A DNA stretch of 64,000 nucleotides, taken from Dictyostelium discoideum. Its lineage: Eukaryota. Below the pieces are notes generated by a model. That model worked only from the letters and a program-made list of their open reading frames with translations. It did no database searches and had not been told where the DNA came from. Position 1 is the stretch's first letter. Every line of letters starts with the position of its first letter. This document shows positions 16,882-31,258 of this stretch, piece by piece. The DNA is taken from positions 3,648,001-3,712,000 of the forward strand of contig CM000151.3 in assembly GCA_000004695.1 (NCBI GenBank). Reading direction: 5' to 3'. The position numbers and the translations under genes were made by a program.

Positions 16882-19419
16882 TTATAGAGCATCAGAATTT
16901 GAATCTAATTCAACAGATTGACTGTCTCCATTTTCATTTTCCTGTCTAGTTTCATATTCCATATTTGAGGAAGCTTTTACTGAAATATTATTTGTAGTTG
17001 AAGAGTTATTAGAATTTGAAGATTTTGCAGTTGTTGTTGCATTTGTGAATTGTTCAATCTTTTGTCCAATGAATACAACGAAATAGTTATATTTCCAAAT
17101 TTGAAGGGTTTTCTTGGAAATACCATAAATGATAAATGCATAAACACCAAAAACTCTAATACTGTAAATAAAATAACCTAATCCAGTAATATCTGGGGCC
17201 TTTAATAGACAATCATTGGTGGAAGTACTTGTTAAAAGACATAGTGCATAAGATGGTATGGAATCGGTATAAACGTGCATATGATTATTAATCCATTGAT
17301 CATAAATAAATAAATATAAAAGACAAGAAAAATACATAATTAAACTAATAATTGGTTTTGCTTCCATTTTCAATACTTTAAATCTAGATTCTTTTGTTGA
17401 TTGGACATTACCAGATACAATCTTTTTTTATTTTTTTATTTTTTATTTTTTCAAAACATTAATAAATATAAAAAAAAAGTGAATTTCTAATAAAATAAAT
17501 ACTTACAACATAAATTTCTCTCATTAAAAGAATTAAAAATACACCACCTAAACATAAAAATATACCCATTGGCAACCAAAATGCAAACCTTCTATAGTTA
17601 AAAGTTGTTAACCAACAAAATGGATTTGCTGGTCCACCTGAATATTCATTCTTTGATATTGACACAATTGGTGGTATCCATGCTATAATTAATGATGCTA
17701 CTAAATAATAAATAAATCTATCTTTTTGTTTTTTTCCAACTATAATTTAAATATTTAAAATAAATTATATTTTATTATTTTTAGAGAAAACAATAATTAA
17801 TAATAAATAATTAATAATAATTAATAATAATTAGTAATAGTTAATAATAGTTAATAATAGCTAATAATAATTATAATTAATATAACTAATAAATAATTAA
17901 TAATAATTAATAATAAAATAATAATTTACCTTGGAAAATTGTAAACCATACTTCAAAAGAGAGTACACACCACCATTGAACTACTAAAAGTGATGATCCA
18001 TGTAAAAGAAATCCTAATTTTTAAATTTGATTAGTTAAAATAAAATAAATATATAAGGTTATTTATTTTTTTTTTTCTATAAAAAAAATTTACCTGTTGC
18101 AACACACATCCTATCTATATATGAAGCAAAACGTCCATCTTCTGGACATAATGTATTTTCAGTCCCATTAAAGGTCATTAATGCACCAGAAAATGCTTGA
18201 AGGAAAATACTGGATAACAACATAACATTGATTTTATCGAATCTTGAAACTTTTGGGTTAATAATTCCCAATGTAATTACTAAAAATAATGTTAATATAC
18301 ATGATAAAATTGATAATACATCTGATAATCTATATATATTCCTCCATTGATTTGCATAATATCTTTATAAGTTAATAAAATATATTGTGAAAATAAATTT
18401 ATTATTAATATAATGTAATTGGGGAGAGAGAGTTATAAAAAAAATTAAAAGTATATTAAAATAATAAAAAAAATACAGACAATGGTGCAGGACATCCCAC
18501 TACACAAGTTGTATTTGTAGATGGGAATATATAACCTATTGATTTATCATGAATTTCATCAGTTGAAACATGATAAACTAAAGGTTCAAAACATTGTTGA
18601 ATTGATGTATTTTGAGAATTTGCAATAAGATCTGTGTTTTCACATGTATTTGTATAGCTTAAACTATCAATTTGATAGGTGGTTGTATTTTTTGGAAATA
18701 CTGAATAAGAAATATTTTCAAATGTATATTTAGTTGCGCAACTTAACCTAGATGTTGAAATTTGACATGATGTTGTCATATTTAAACAATTGTTATAACA
18801 AGGTAAAATTGGATATGCATAGGTTACTTTTGAAACTGGATCTGTATATTTTTCACATTCTGGAAAAAGCTAAAAATAAAAATAAAAAAATAAAAAAAAG
18901 TAATTAATAAATGTGAGATATAAATAGAAAAAAAAAAGAAAATTTAATTACTTACAAAAGCACACAGTAAAGCAAAAGTACGAGGATTTTTACAAGATTC
19001 GAATGATTTATAGAAATTAATATATTGACGAACTAAATTACCTTGTGCTTGAATAGCTTCTTGACTTGATGTTGAGTTTATATAAATACTATCTTTTTTT
19101 TTTTTTTTTTTTTTTTTTACACAAAGATTTAAAACATATAAAAAAATTTATAAAAATAAAGAAAATTAATAAAAAAAAAAACTAACAACATGGATTTGAT
19201 AAAGAGCCATCCCATAATAAAAAAATAAAAAAAAATAAACTACTAACTTGGATTTGATAAAAAGCCATCACATAACTGGATCCCTGGACTATCACCCCTA
19301 TATTTTTGACATGTGGCACCTTTATCTAGTGGAAAGTATTGAGATTTAGCAACGTCACCGAAATATAAAATAATAAAAAAAATATAGATAATTGGTAAAA
19401 GATTTTTATTTGAGACCAT
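16882..19419 (-). CDS. Frizzled/Smoothened-like 7TM receptor (fsl family) with an N-terminal cysteine-rich Fz domain, about 607 aa. Seven exons: 19248..19419, 18956..19092, 18481..18869, 18094..18362, 17930..18013, 17507..17739, 16882..17421.
   Basis: A signal peptide, then a CRD with conserved Cys spacing (CQKYRGDSPGIQLCDGF, CKNPRTFALLCAF, PECEKY...CYNNC). Seven predicted TM helices. The C-terminal KTLQIW matches the Frizzled KTxxxW motif. It is clearly paralogous to the 42459..44641 gene, residue for residue across exon junctions. Phases close to 1824 nt in total. One donor is the non-consensus GTCTGT, chosen because it restores the paralog alignment CPAPL|YYANQW versus NPVPLYTNEQW. Confidence 0.7.
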
Positions 19420-19909
19420 GACTGTTCGCAAAAATTATTGGAGTTATTGCAAATATAATGAATAAAAAAAAAAAAAAAAAAATTGATTTGATCATTTTAT
19501 TATAAAAAAAAAAATTGATTTGATCATTTTATTTTTAAAAAAAAAAAAAAATTTTAAAATAAAAATAAAATAAAATAAAAATAAAATAAAAAAAATATCT
19601 CCGAGCAGTGAAAAAAAAAATTTTAAAAATAAAAAAAAATCTTGGCTTTATCATAATCAAAAAAAAGATGGAATGTCTTTATTGACCCCCAAATAAAATG
19701 TTTAGAAAAAGAAATGATTAAAAAAAATATCTATATTAATTGAATAACAAATTTATTTTTGCATTTATATTTAAAAAAAACCCAATTCCGTTTTATTTTA
19801 CAATTTTTTTTTTTTTATTATATGATTAGCTTTTTTTTTTTTTCTTTTTTTTTTTCCCCAAAAGGTATATTACTATAAATTATTAACTATACACAAATAT
19901 TATTGATAA

Positions 19910-20434
19910 TTAATTTGATTGATTTTCGTTATTTTGGTCGGATGATTCTTGTTGAGATTGTTGTTGTTGTTGAATTTGTTTTTGTTGTTGTGCTTGTAAC
20001 ATTAAATCTGAAATTGATTTATCTAATTCATCAATTCTTTGTCCCATTTCGTCAACTTTTTATTATTTAATTTTTAAAAATAAAAATAAAAATAAAATAT
20101 ATATTAGTATAATATGTAAAAAAAAGAAAAAAAAAAAATGAAAAACTATTACATACTTCTGGTTAAAATTGATTCTGATACTTTTTCAAATCTAGATTGC
20201 TGAAAAAATAAAAAAAAATAAAATAAAATAAAAGAAATTAGAACATTAAATATAAAAGGTAAAATAAATATATAGGTAATAATTGTTTTTGGGTTGCAGT
20301 GGTGTTGCTCTTACCATTTGCTCTAATAAATTTTGAACTACATTTCCTATTAAAACATCACCATTATTTTGAGGTTGTTGTGGTTGTTGTGGTTGTGGAT
20401 TGGTTGAATTTGTATTGTTATTGTTTGTACTCAT
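19910..20434 (-). CDS. hsbp1: Heat shock factor-binding protein 1 (HSBP1) homolog with N-terminal N/Q and C-terminal Q-rich extensions, 102 aa. Three exons: 20315..20434, 20157..20199, 19910..20055.
   Basis: VLIGNVVQNLLEQM|QSRFEKVSESILTR|IDEMGQRIDELDKSISDLMLQAQ aligns to human HSBP1 [45 protein letters not shown]. Donors are GTAAGA and GTATGT; acceptors are TTTTTTCAG and AAAAAG. Confidence 0.75.
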
Positions 20435-20723
20435 TTTCTTTTGTTTATATAAAGAGTTTGTTTTTCTCGCTTTGAAATGAATAAATTACGCAATCCTTAA
20501 AATTTCAATTAAAATTTTTTTTTTTTTTTTTTTGATTTTTTTTTTTTTTTTTTTTTTTTTTTGATTTTTTTTTATATTTTATTTTATTTTATATTTTTTT
20601 TATTTTTTCTTTTTTTTTGTGAAAATAATTTATTTAGTTAGCCAAAAAAAAAAAATAAAAAAAAAAAAATAATAAAAAAAAAATACTTCTAAATAGTGAA
20701 ATAATAAAAATAATAATAATAAA

Positions 20724-21931
20724 ATGATTATTTATATTTTATTTTCATTATTAGCAGCAGTTATTGTCCATTTGGTGTATAAGAAACAAACAGGGTTCAA
20801 ATTAAAGGGTAAACATATTGTTGTTGTTGGTGGATCAAGTGGAATTGGTAAAGAATTAGTTTATGAATTATTAAAAGAAAATATTGCTAGTATTTCAGTT
20901 ATTTCAAGAAGTTTAGATAAATTAAGATCAGTTGTTGATGATTGTCCATCTGAAGTATGTACAAAATCCACACCTTTAAATGTTGGAGTATTTATTTAAT
21001 TTTTTTTTTTTTTTTTTTTTAAAAAAATCTTCAATTACTAATTTTTTATTTTTTTCATTTTTTTTTATTTTATTCTTTCATTTCCATTTTTTTTTTTTTT
21101 TTTTTTATTCCAATTTCTTCCACTTTTTTTTTTTTTTTTCAATTTTTTATTTTTTTTTTAATTTTTTAATTTTTAAAATTTAATATTTAGTCATTAAAAT
21201 CAAAAATTGAAATTTATTCATGTGATATTACAAATAAAATTAAAGTTAAAGAAACCATTGCACAAATTGTATCAAAGAATCAAGGTGGTAAAATTGATTG
21301 TTTAATAAATTGTGCAGGATTTGCGATTCCAGGATATTTCATTGAACAAGATGAAGAAATCTTTGAAAAGACAATGCAATTAGATTATTTCGGATCATTA
21401 TATGCAACCAAAGAAGTTGTACCATTAATGATTGAAAATGGTGGTCAAGGTGGTCACATTGTATTCGTATCGTCAACATGTGGTTTAGTGGGTGTACCAG
21501 GTTATTCAACTTATTGCCCATCGAAATTCGCATTGAGGGGATTAGCTGAAACATTAAGATCAGAATTGAAACCATATAAAATTACATTCTCTGTTGTTTA
21601 TCCACCAGATACCGATACACCAGGATATCAACAAGAGAATCTCACAAAACCAGAAGAAACCGTTGCAATCAGTGGTGGAGGTAAAGCAGTATCACCATTG
21701 GAAGTTGCTAAATCAATCGTTAGTGGTATTAAAAATGGCGATTATCATATCGCCTACGATGTTCCAACTAAACTTTGTGCTGTATTATCACCAGGTCTCA
21801 CCCCATTCTATTTCTCTTTCTTTGATATCCTTTTAGCTCCAATTTGTCGTTTAGTTGGTATAATTGCAATGAATCAAAATGATGCAGAAGTTTTAAAATC
21901 TTGGAAAAAAAGAAATCAATTAAAAAAATAA
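20724..21931 (+). CDS. 3-ketodihydrosphingosine (3-dehydrosphinganine) reductase, an SDR-family enzyme of about 323 aa. Two exons: 20724..20954, 21191..21931.
   Basis: An N-terminal TM helix, then GKHIVVVGGSSGIGKEL (TGxxxGIG NAD(P) site), ...NCAG..., and YSTYCPSKFALRGLAETL (the YxxxK catalytic motif as in KDSR/Tsc10). Donor is GTATGT and acceptor is TATTTAG. Confidence 0.7.
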
Positions 21932-22271
21932 AATAAAAATATTTAAAAACTATTTTATTTATTATTTATATTTATTATTATTATTATCATTTTCAAATAA
22001 TTCTGGATTTGATTTAATTAAAGAGTTTCTAAGTTTATTTGAATTTAAAAGAATAGAACTAACTAATTGTTTACTTGGTTTATATAATGATATTAATTTT
22101 GTATCTTTTGGTGAACAAGTCCTAATTTCTTCTTCTTTTTTTAAATTTCTATTATTTTGCCATTCATCAAATGGTAATTCTAATGATTTTATTATACTTT
22201 TTTAAAAAAATAATTAGTATTTTTTAAAAAAAAATAGGAATATATATATATTATTAAATTTAAGATTCTTA

Positions 22272-23500
<1,229 letters not shown>

Positions 23501-23699
23501 AATTCTTTTTTTTTTTTTCAACTTATAAACACACAAAAAAAAAAAAAAATAAAAAAAAAATAAAAAAATAAAAAAAAAAAATAAAATAAATTTCCCAAAA
23601 CACAACGAAAGATTAAAAAAACTAATTTTAGGTTTTTTTTTTTTTTTTTTTTTTAATAATTTAATTTAGATTTTGATTTTGATTTATTTTATTTTATTT

Positions 23700-25811
23700 T
23701 TATTGTTTTGAAATGTTTACTAAATTTTCAGAAGTCATACCTAATTGTTTCATAACGGCATTACCTGGTGCAGACATACCAAATCTATCAATACCAATGA
23801 CTTTACCATCAAGACCAACATATTTATACCAGAATGAAGTGACACCAGCTTCCATAGCGATACGATTTCTACAACCACTTGGAAGTACGGATTGTTTGTA
23901 TTCATTTGATTGACGATCGAAAAGTTCAGTGCATGGCATAGAGACGACACGAATATCATCACCTAATAATTTAGCGGCTTCAACACAATGTTGAACTTCT
24001 GAACCAGTGGCAATTAAGATCATTCTTAATGGAGCGGTTTCACTAACGACAATGTAACCACCTCTGAGAGTACCTTCTCTCTTCTTTTGAGCGGTACCTG
24101 GGAGGAATGGAAGATTTTGACGAGTTAATGATAAAAGGGTTGGACCATCGGCACGAGCATAAGCCAAAGAGAAAGCAGCAGCTGTTTCTTCTGGATCGGC
24201 TGGACGAATGACATCCAAGTTTGGAATCATACGAAGACCTGAAACGGTTTCAACTGGTTGATGAGTTGGACCATCTTCACCAACACCAACAGAGTCATGA
24301 GTGAAAATGTAAACTACTGGTAAATGTGAGAGAGCAGCCAAACGGATGGCTGGACGAAGATAGTCTGAGAATACCAAAAAGGTGGCACCTGAAACTTTGA
24401 AAAGACCATGGTAGGCGATACCATTCATCATGGCACCCATAGCATGTTCACGAATACCAAACTTAATATTACGACCAGTTGGACAAGCTGGTGTGAAATC
24501 TCTACCCTCTTTGATGTAATTCAAGGTGGAGCCATGTAAATCGGCACTACCACTGACTGATAATGGGAGGTATTGAGAGATTGGTTGTAAAACGTCGCTA
24601 CCAGCCTTACGAGTGGCAATGATTGGTGTGGTTGGGAACTCTGGGATTTGTTTCATGATATCGATAGCTTCGTGTTTTTCATGAGCACTTTCCAAGAGTT
24701 GGGCAAGCTTTGGATTGGCAGATTTCCATTCGGCAAAGGTTGCTTGCCATTCTTGGTAGAGCTTTTCTAATTGTTTTTCATGTTGTTCAAAGTATTGTCT
24801 GGTTTCACCGCTGACAAAGAATTTCTCTTCTGGGAGACCGAGATTCTTACGAGCGGAATCGATAAATTTAACACCAGCTTCACCATGACCTTTATTGGTA
24901 CCAGCAACCTCTGGGATACCCTTGGCGATTGTAGTCTTACAAATGATGATTTGTGGTTTACCGGATTTGGAGTGTTTAGCATTTTGATAGGCGTTGATTA
25001 ATGAGCCAATGTTGTTACCTTCTAATACTAATTGTACTTCGAATCCAACACTTTCGAATCTCTTTACGGCATCCTCTGATTGGGTTTCAATTGCCATAGC
25101 ATCCAATGTGACATCGTTTGAATCGTAGAATACGATCAAGTTATCTAAACGATGATGACCAGCGAATGAAATGGCCTCTTGTGAAATACCTTCTTGTAAA
25201 CAACCATCACCAACTAAAACTACTACCTTTTGATTAAAGATTTGATGTTGTTCAGTATTGAATTTACCTGCTGCCATTTTACATGCTGATGCAATACCAA
25301 CGGCATTTGCAATACCTTGACCTAATGGACCAGTGGTAGCTTCAACGCCTGGTGTGTCATGAAATTTTGGATGACCTGGTGTCTTTGAATTTAATTGTCT
25401 GAAATTTTTAATATCTTCAATTGAAACATCATATCCTGATAAATGTAACCAACTATATAAAAACATTGAACCATGACCTGCACTTAATACAAAATAATCT
25501 CTATTTAACCATCTTGTCTTTATTTATTTAAAAAAAAAAAAAAAAAAACAAAATAAAAAAATAATAATAAAAATTTAAATATATAAATATAAGTACTTTT
25601 TATTAAAATTTATATTTTTTTTTTTTTTTTTTTTTTTACATACATCTTTTGGGTTATAGATCAATGAATTACCAAATAATGCAGCACCAATTTCAGCAGA
25701 ACCAAGTGGTAAACCTAAATGACCAGAGGCAGCTTTGGCAACTGCATCCATGCTTAAACCTCTAGTTTCATTTGCTGCTCTTTCTAATGCTTTAAAATCA
25801 ATGTTTGACAT
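23700..25811 (-). CDS. tkt: Transketolase, about 661 aa. Two exons: 25644..25811, 23700..25517.
   Basis: Exon 1 reads [56 protein letters not shown], ending at donor GTATGT. Exon 2 reads [31 protein letters not shown]...[29 protein letters not shown]...[17 protein letters not shown], with canonical TK thiamine-diphosphate and catalytic-loop motifs. Confidence 0.85.
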
Positions 25812-26572
25812 TATTTATATATATATATGTTATTTGTTTTTTTTTTTTAATTTTTTTAATTAAAAATTTTACAACAATAATTGGTGAAATGAAATGAAAT
25901 TTTTTAATTTTTTTTTTTTTTTAAATTAAATTTGAAAATCAATTTGGTGTGTATTTCGAAAAATAAAAAAAAATAAAAAAAATAAAAAATAAAAAAAAAT
26001 AAAATTTTCCACTCTCACTGCAAACAACTAAATTAATCCCGAACCCAAACAAAAGAATGGTTCGGGTGTTTTTATATTTCTAGATTATCCACCAGATACC
26101 TTACACAAAAAAAAAAAAAAAATAATGAAAAATTATAATTTTTTTTTTTTTTTTTTTTTTTTTAATGTCTATTTTTAAAATACAAAAATAAAAAAAACCA
26201 TATAATTTTGTGTATTTATGATCAAAAAATGATTGAAGAGGATTTTTTATTTTAAAAATATCTTTCGTAAAGTATTTAATTGTATTATTCTTTTTATTAA
26301 AAAAAAAAAAAAAAATAAAAAAATAAAAAAATAAAAAAATGCAAATAAAGGAAATTATCCAAACAAAAAAAAATAAAAAAAAATAAATAAAAAATGAAAA
26401 CAATTAAAATTTTATTTAATTAAAAAAATCATAGGTTTTAATTTATTTAATTTTTTTTATTTTTTATTTATTTTTTTTTTATTTTTTTTTTTTTTTTCAA
26501 AACACAATTTTTAAATATCTATCAAATGAAACACTACTGAAAAAAGAAAAAAAAAAAATAAAAAGTTTTTTT

Positions 26573-27230
26573 TTAAAAATCTTCATCTAAAACTAAAGTT
26601 CTTGATTGATTATTTTTTTGTTGATTATTTCCTTGAATTGCAACACCAGTTTTAGCGTATTCTGCAACTTTGCCTTCGAAAAAGTTTGATTTTCTTTGTA
26701 AAGAAATCATTTCCATCCATTCGAAAGGATTTGAAGAGTTGAAAATCTTTTTGTAACCTAAAGAAACCACTAAACGATCAGCACAAAACTCAATGTATTG
26801 AGACATTGAACGCGAGTTCATACCAATTAAATCCACTGGTAATGATTCGCAAATGAATTCCTTTTCACATTCGACAGCATCTCTTATCATTTTCTCAATG
26901 ACTTTTGGATCCAACTTTCTTTGTAACTTTGTGTAGAGAAGACATGCGAAATCACAATGTAAACCTTCGTCACGTGAAATTAATTCATTTGAAAATGTTA
27001 AACCTTGCATTAAACCTCTCTTTTTCAACCAAAATATTGAACAAAAACTTCCACTGAAAAATATACCCTCAACTGCTGCAAATGCAACCAAACGTTCTGC
27101 AAATGAATCTGAATCATTTATCCATCTTAATGCCCATTCTGCCTTCTTTTTAATACATGGAATTGTTTCAATTGCATTAAATAATTTATCTTTAGTTTGC
27201 TTATCTTTAATATAAGTTTCAATTAAAAGA

Positions 27231-27296
<66 letters not shown>

Positions 27297-27606
27297 ATAT
27301 ATTAGAATCTACTTTTTCTTTATTAAAACTTTATATATATATATGATAAATATTTACCTATAAGTTTCAGAATGTATATTTTCAATTGCAATTTGAAAAC
27401 CATAGAAACATCTTGCTTCTGGAATTTGTACTTCAGACATAAATCTAGTTGCAAGGTTTTCATTTACAATACCATCAGATGCAGCAAAAAATGCCAAAAC
27501 ATGTGAGATGAAATGACGTTCATTATCTGTTAATTTATATTCCCAATCAACATTATCATTACCTAATAATAAAATTAATAAAATTAATTAATAAATTAAT
27601 ATATAC

Positions 27607-27703
<97 letters not shown>

Positions 27704-27875
27704 TATGTATAGATAATTTACCAAGATCAATTTCTTCAGCTACCCAATGACTTGCAAGGGCTTTTTTATACATTCTCCAGATATCTGGGTATTTTATTGG
27801 AAATAATACAAATCTATCTTTATTTTCTTTGAGAATTGGTTCAATGAATGTATCTTTTTTATTAATTTCTTCCAT
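26573..27875 (-). CDS. rnrB: Ribonucleoside-diphosphate reductase small subunit (R2), about 338 aa. Three exons: 27722..27875, 27358..27562, 26573..27230.
   Basis: [31 protein letters not shown]|[36 protein letters not shown]...[17 protein letters not shown]|LLIETYIKD...[51 protein letters not shown]. These are R2 di-iron ligands and the tyrosyl radical region. Donors are GTAAAT and GTAAAT. Intron 1 contains a (TAA)n tract. Confidence 0.85.
27603..27702. repeat. (ATA/TAA)n trinucleotide microsatellite in rnrB intron 1.
   Basis: An aataataataat... tract at 27606-27700. On the minus strand it reads as poly-Leu in the ORF track, which is an artefact. Confidence 0.9.
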
Positions 27876-28501
27876 TTTTATTTTTTATTTTTTAATTTTT
27901 TTTTTTTTTATTTTATTTTATAAAATTTAATGTACAATGAGATTTTATTAAGTTTTGAAATCAATCCAAAATTATATAATATGAATAATAAAATTAAAAA
28001 ATAATATTTATTTGTTATAAATAATAATAAAAAAAAAAAAAAAAAGTAAAAAAAAAAAAAAAAAAAATTTGAATTTTTTATTTTTTTTTAAATTTTTAGC
28101 GCAATTTTGGTTCCTATAAAAAATTAATTTCTTTTTTTTAAAAAAAACAGAATATTTTTTTTTTTTTTGGAAAATACACACACATTCCCGAAAGAAAAAA
28201 ATATTAAAATTTTATTTATTTTATTTGTTTTTGTTTATGATGGAATCACCGTTCCAATAAATTAAATTTTAATAATTTTTCAAAAAAAAAAAAAAAAGCT
28301 ATATTTGGGTACCACTCCGATTCTAGAAAAAAAAAATATAATTTATTATTTTACAAAAAGTTGGTGATATTAATAAATCATATAATTCAAAAAAAAATAA
28401 AAAAAAAAAAAAAATTATACAATTACAATAAATCATTTCAGTGCAATAAATAACTCTTTAATTAAATTTAAGGAAAATTGATTTTTTGTTGGTTTAAAAA
28501 A

Positions 28502-28546
<45 letters not shown>

Positions 28547-29220
28547 AAATTTTCAGACTCTGGTGTTAGACAAGAAATAAAATTTTAAAAAAAAAATAAA
28601 TAAATGATCATTTACCAAGTTTTTTTTAAAAATAATTTTATTTGTTTTGTATTAAAATTTTCAAATAAATTAAAATAAAAAAAAAAAATAAAAAAAATAA
28701 AAAAAATAAAAAAAAAAAAAAAAAAAAAAAAAATTATTCAATGAATATATTATAATAATAATTCACTCCGTATTGGTGGCATTAATAATTAAACAGCCAT
28801 TGATCATTTTTTTGTGAGGGTGACCTTAGAATTTTAGACTTTTGTGAGATATCAGCAAAAAATTTTATTGAAAAAAAAAAAAAAAAATTAAAAACAATAA
28901 AAAAAAAAATAATGAAAAAAAAAAAAAAATTCTAAAAAATAAAAAAACTATTCCACATACAACAGTGTAAATATTAAACAATAAATATCTAATATTATCA
29001 CTTTCAAAATTTTCACCATTTTTATTTTTTTTTTTTTTAATTTAAAATTTTATTTATTTTAAATTATTATTTTTTATTTTTTATTTATTTTTCTTTTATT
29101 TTTTTTTTTTTTTTTAATTTTCAAATTATTAATTTTCATTTTTTTTTTTTTTTTTTTTCTTTTTTCTTTTTTTTTTTTTTTTCTAATAGAATATATAATT
29201 TATATATATAAAAAATAAAA

Positions 29221-30222
29221 ATGTATAACCCACCACCACCATCTGGTTCACAAGGTAATAATAATTATTATAGACAACCATCATCCACACCGGGTGTATC
29301 AAACCCAAACCCACAAGCTAATCAATTTTTACCACCACAACCATCTAATACTACACAAACACCAGGAGGCTATCCACCACAACAACAACAAAGACCACCA
29401 ACTGGAGCACCACAACAACCAGGAGGTTATCCAACTCCACCACCACCAGGAGCACCAGGAGGTTATCCACCACAACAACAACCAGCCGGTCAATATGGAG
29501 CACCACCACAACAACAACCAGCCGGTCAATACGGAGCACCACAACCAGCAGGACAATATGGTGCACCACAACCAGCAGGACAATATGGTGCACCACAACC
29601 AGCAGGACAATATGGCGCACCACCACCACCACCAGGAGGTGCAGGTATTTCATTAGTAAAGAATCAACAAATTTCATTAACTAAAGAAGATCCAACTCTT
29701 AGAAAATTAACAATTGGTTTAGGTTGGGATGTAAACACCACACCAACTGCACCATTCGATTTGGATGCAGTTGTTTTCATGTTGAATGCACAAGGTAGAG
29801 TTAGAACCTCACAAGATTTCATTTTCTACAATAACAAGGTATCAAGAGATAACTCTGTTTCTCATCAAGGTGATAATTTAACAGGTCAAGGTGAAGGTGA
29901 TGATGAAGTTGTCCTCGTAAACTTACAAGCAGTTTCACCAGACGTCACTCGTTTGGTTTTCGCTGTCACCATTCATTTAGCCGATGAAAGAAGACAAAAC
30001 TTTACAATGGTACCAAGAGCTTTCATTCGTGTTGCCAATCAAGAAACTGGTAGAAATATCTGTCGTTACGATCTCTCTCAAGAAGGTGGTCCAAACACTG
30101 CCCTCATTGCTGGTGAAGTTTATCGTGATCCATCAAATCCAAACAATTGGTCTTTTGTTGCTGTTGGTAAAGGTATGCAAGGCGCTCTTCCAGGTTTACT
30201 CCAAATCTTTGGTTGTCAATAA
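29221..30222 (+). CDS. capA: cAMP-binding protein CABP1-type protein, 333 aa, single exon. It has an N-terminal Pro/Gln/Gly/Tyr repeat region ([17 protein letters not shown] x5) followed by a C-terminal TerD domain (bacterial tellurium-resistance TerD/TerE-like).
   Basis: Repeats (P)AGQYGAP(Q/P) x5. The C-terminal ISLTKEDP...LTIGLGWD...[16 protein letters not shown]...DFIFYNN...[19 protein letters not shown]...VFAVTIH is the TerD fold signature (GLGWD, DLDxxxF). Which paralog this is (capA versus capB) is not verified. Confidence 0.7.
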
Positions 30223-30388
30223 ATTTAATATTATTATTTAATTTAAAAAAAAAAAAAATTAAAAAAAAAATAAACAAACAATAAATAACTATTTGTAATC
30301 TTAGAAATTAAAATTTTATTTTACTTTATATTTTTTATTTAAAATCCTTTTTTTTTTTTTTTTTTTTAAATTAAATTTGTAAATTTCA

Positions 30389-30421
<33 letters not shown>

Positions 30422-30441
30422 TTTAATTCGCACATCACCAA

Positions 30442-30995
30442 ATGAGTAATATTTCAAAAGTATCATATCTTTTAGGCAAATTTAAAGGTTCTGGTAAGGG
30501 TGAATATCCAACCATTACACCATTCACATATACAGAAGAGATTGAATTCTCAAACAATGGTAAACCATTTATTTTTTATCAGTAAGTAAATCAATAATAA
30601 AATAATAGTAATAATAATGTATTTTAATGATAATAACATACTAATATAATATTAGACAAAAAACATGGAATGTAAATGGTCAACCTTTACACTCAGAGAG
30701 TGGATATATGAGATTTCCACCAAATGGAAAGGTTGAATTGGTAATTTCAGAACCAACTGGTATCAATGAGATATATGATGGAGAAATTACAGGTGAAAAT
30801 AATGAAATCCTTACATTTAAATTAACAAATATTCAAAGAACACCAACTGCTAAACCACCACATACTACAAATGTTATTAGAAAATTTACATTTGATCAAA
30901 GTGCCAACACTCTTTCATATACAATGGATATGGCCACTACAACAACCACTGATTTAACTCATCATTTAAGTGCAACTTTACAAAAACAATTATAA
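30442..30995 (+). CDS. Nitrobindin/THAP4 C-terminal-like beta-barrel protein (UPF0678, DUF1794, fatty-acid-binding-protein-like), about 159 aa. Two exons: 30442..30581, 30656..30995.
   Basis: LLGKFKGSGKGEYPTITPFTYTEEIEFSNNGKPFIFYQ|QKTWNVNGQPLHSESGYMRFPPNGKVELV matches the nitrobindin motif G.W.G.G.G.YPTI..F.Y.EE..F. Donor is CA|GTAAGT; reading through the donor gives an immediate in-frame TAA. Acceptor is TATTAG. Confidence 0.65.
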
Positions 30996-31258
30996 TAAAA
31001 ACAAAATTTCAAATACCATTGTAAAATATATAATTACTTTTGATTTTTTTTTTTTTGTATTTTTTTTTTTTTTTTGAGTAAAATTTTTACTTTATTATTT
31101 TATTTTATTTTATTTTTAATAAATTTAAATTATACTATTATTATTACTATATGTAATAATAATAATATTATATGTAATTTGAATTGATTTGAAAAAAAAA
31201 AGAGTTTAATTTTTGGAAAGAAAAAGAGAGAGAGGTAAGTATGTATAAAAAGAAAGTT

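Noticed and set aside
23713-25001. Several 60-76 aa ORFs inside or antisense to transketolase (23713..23913+, 23750..23962-, 24767..24982-, 24771..25001+).
   Set aside because: They are shadow ORFs within a strongly supported conserved CDS.
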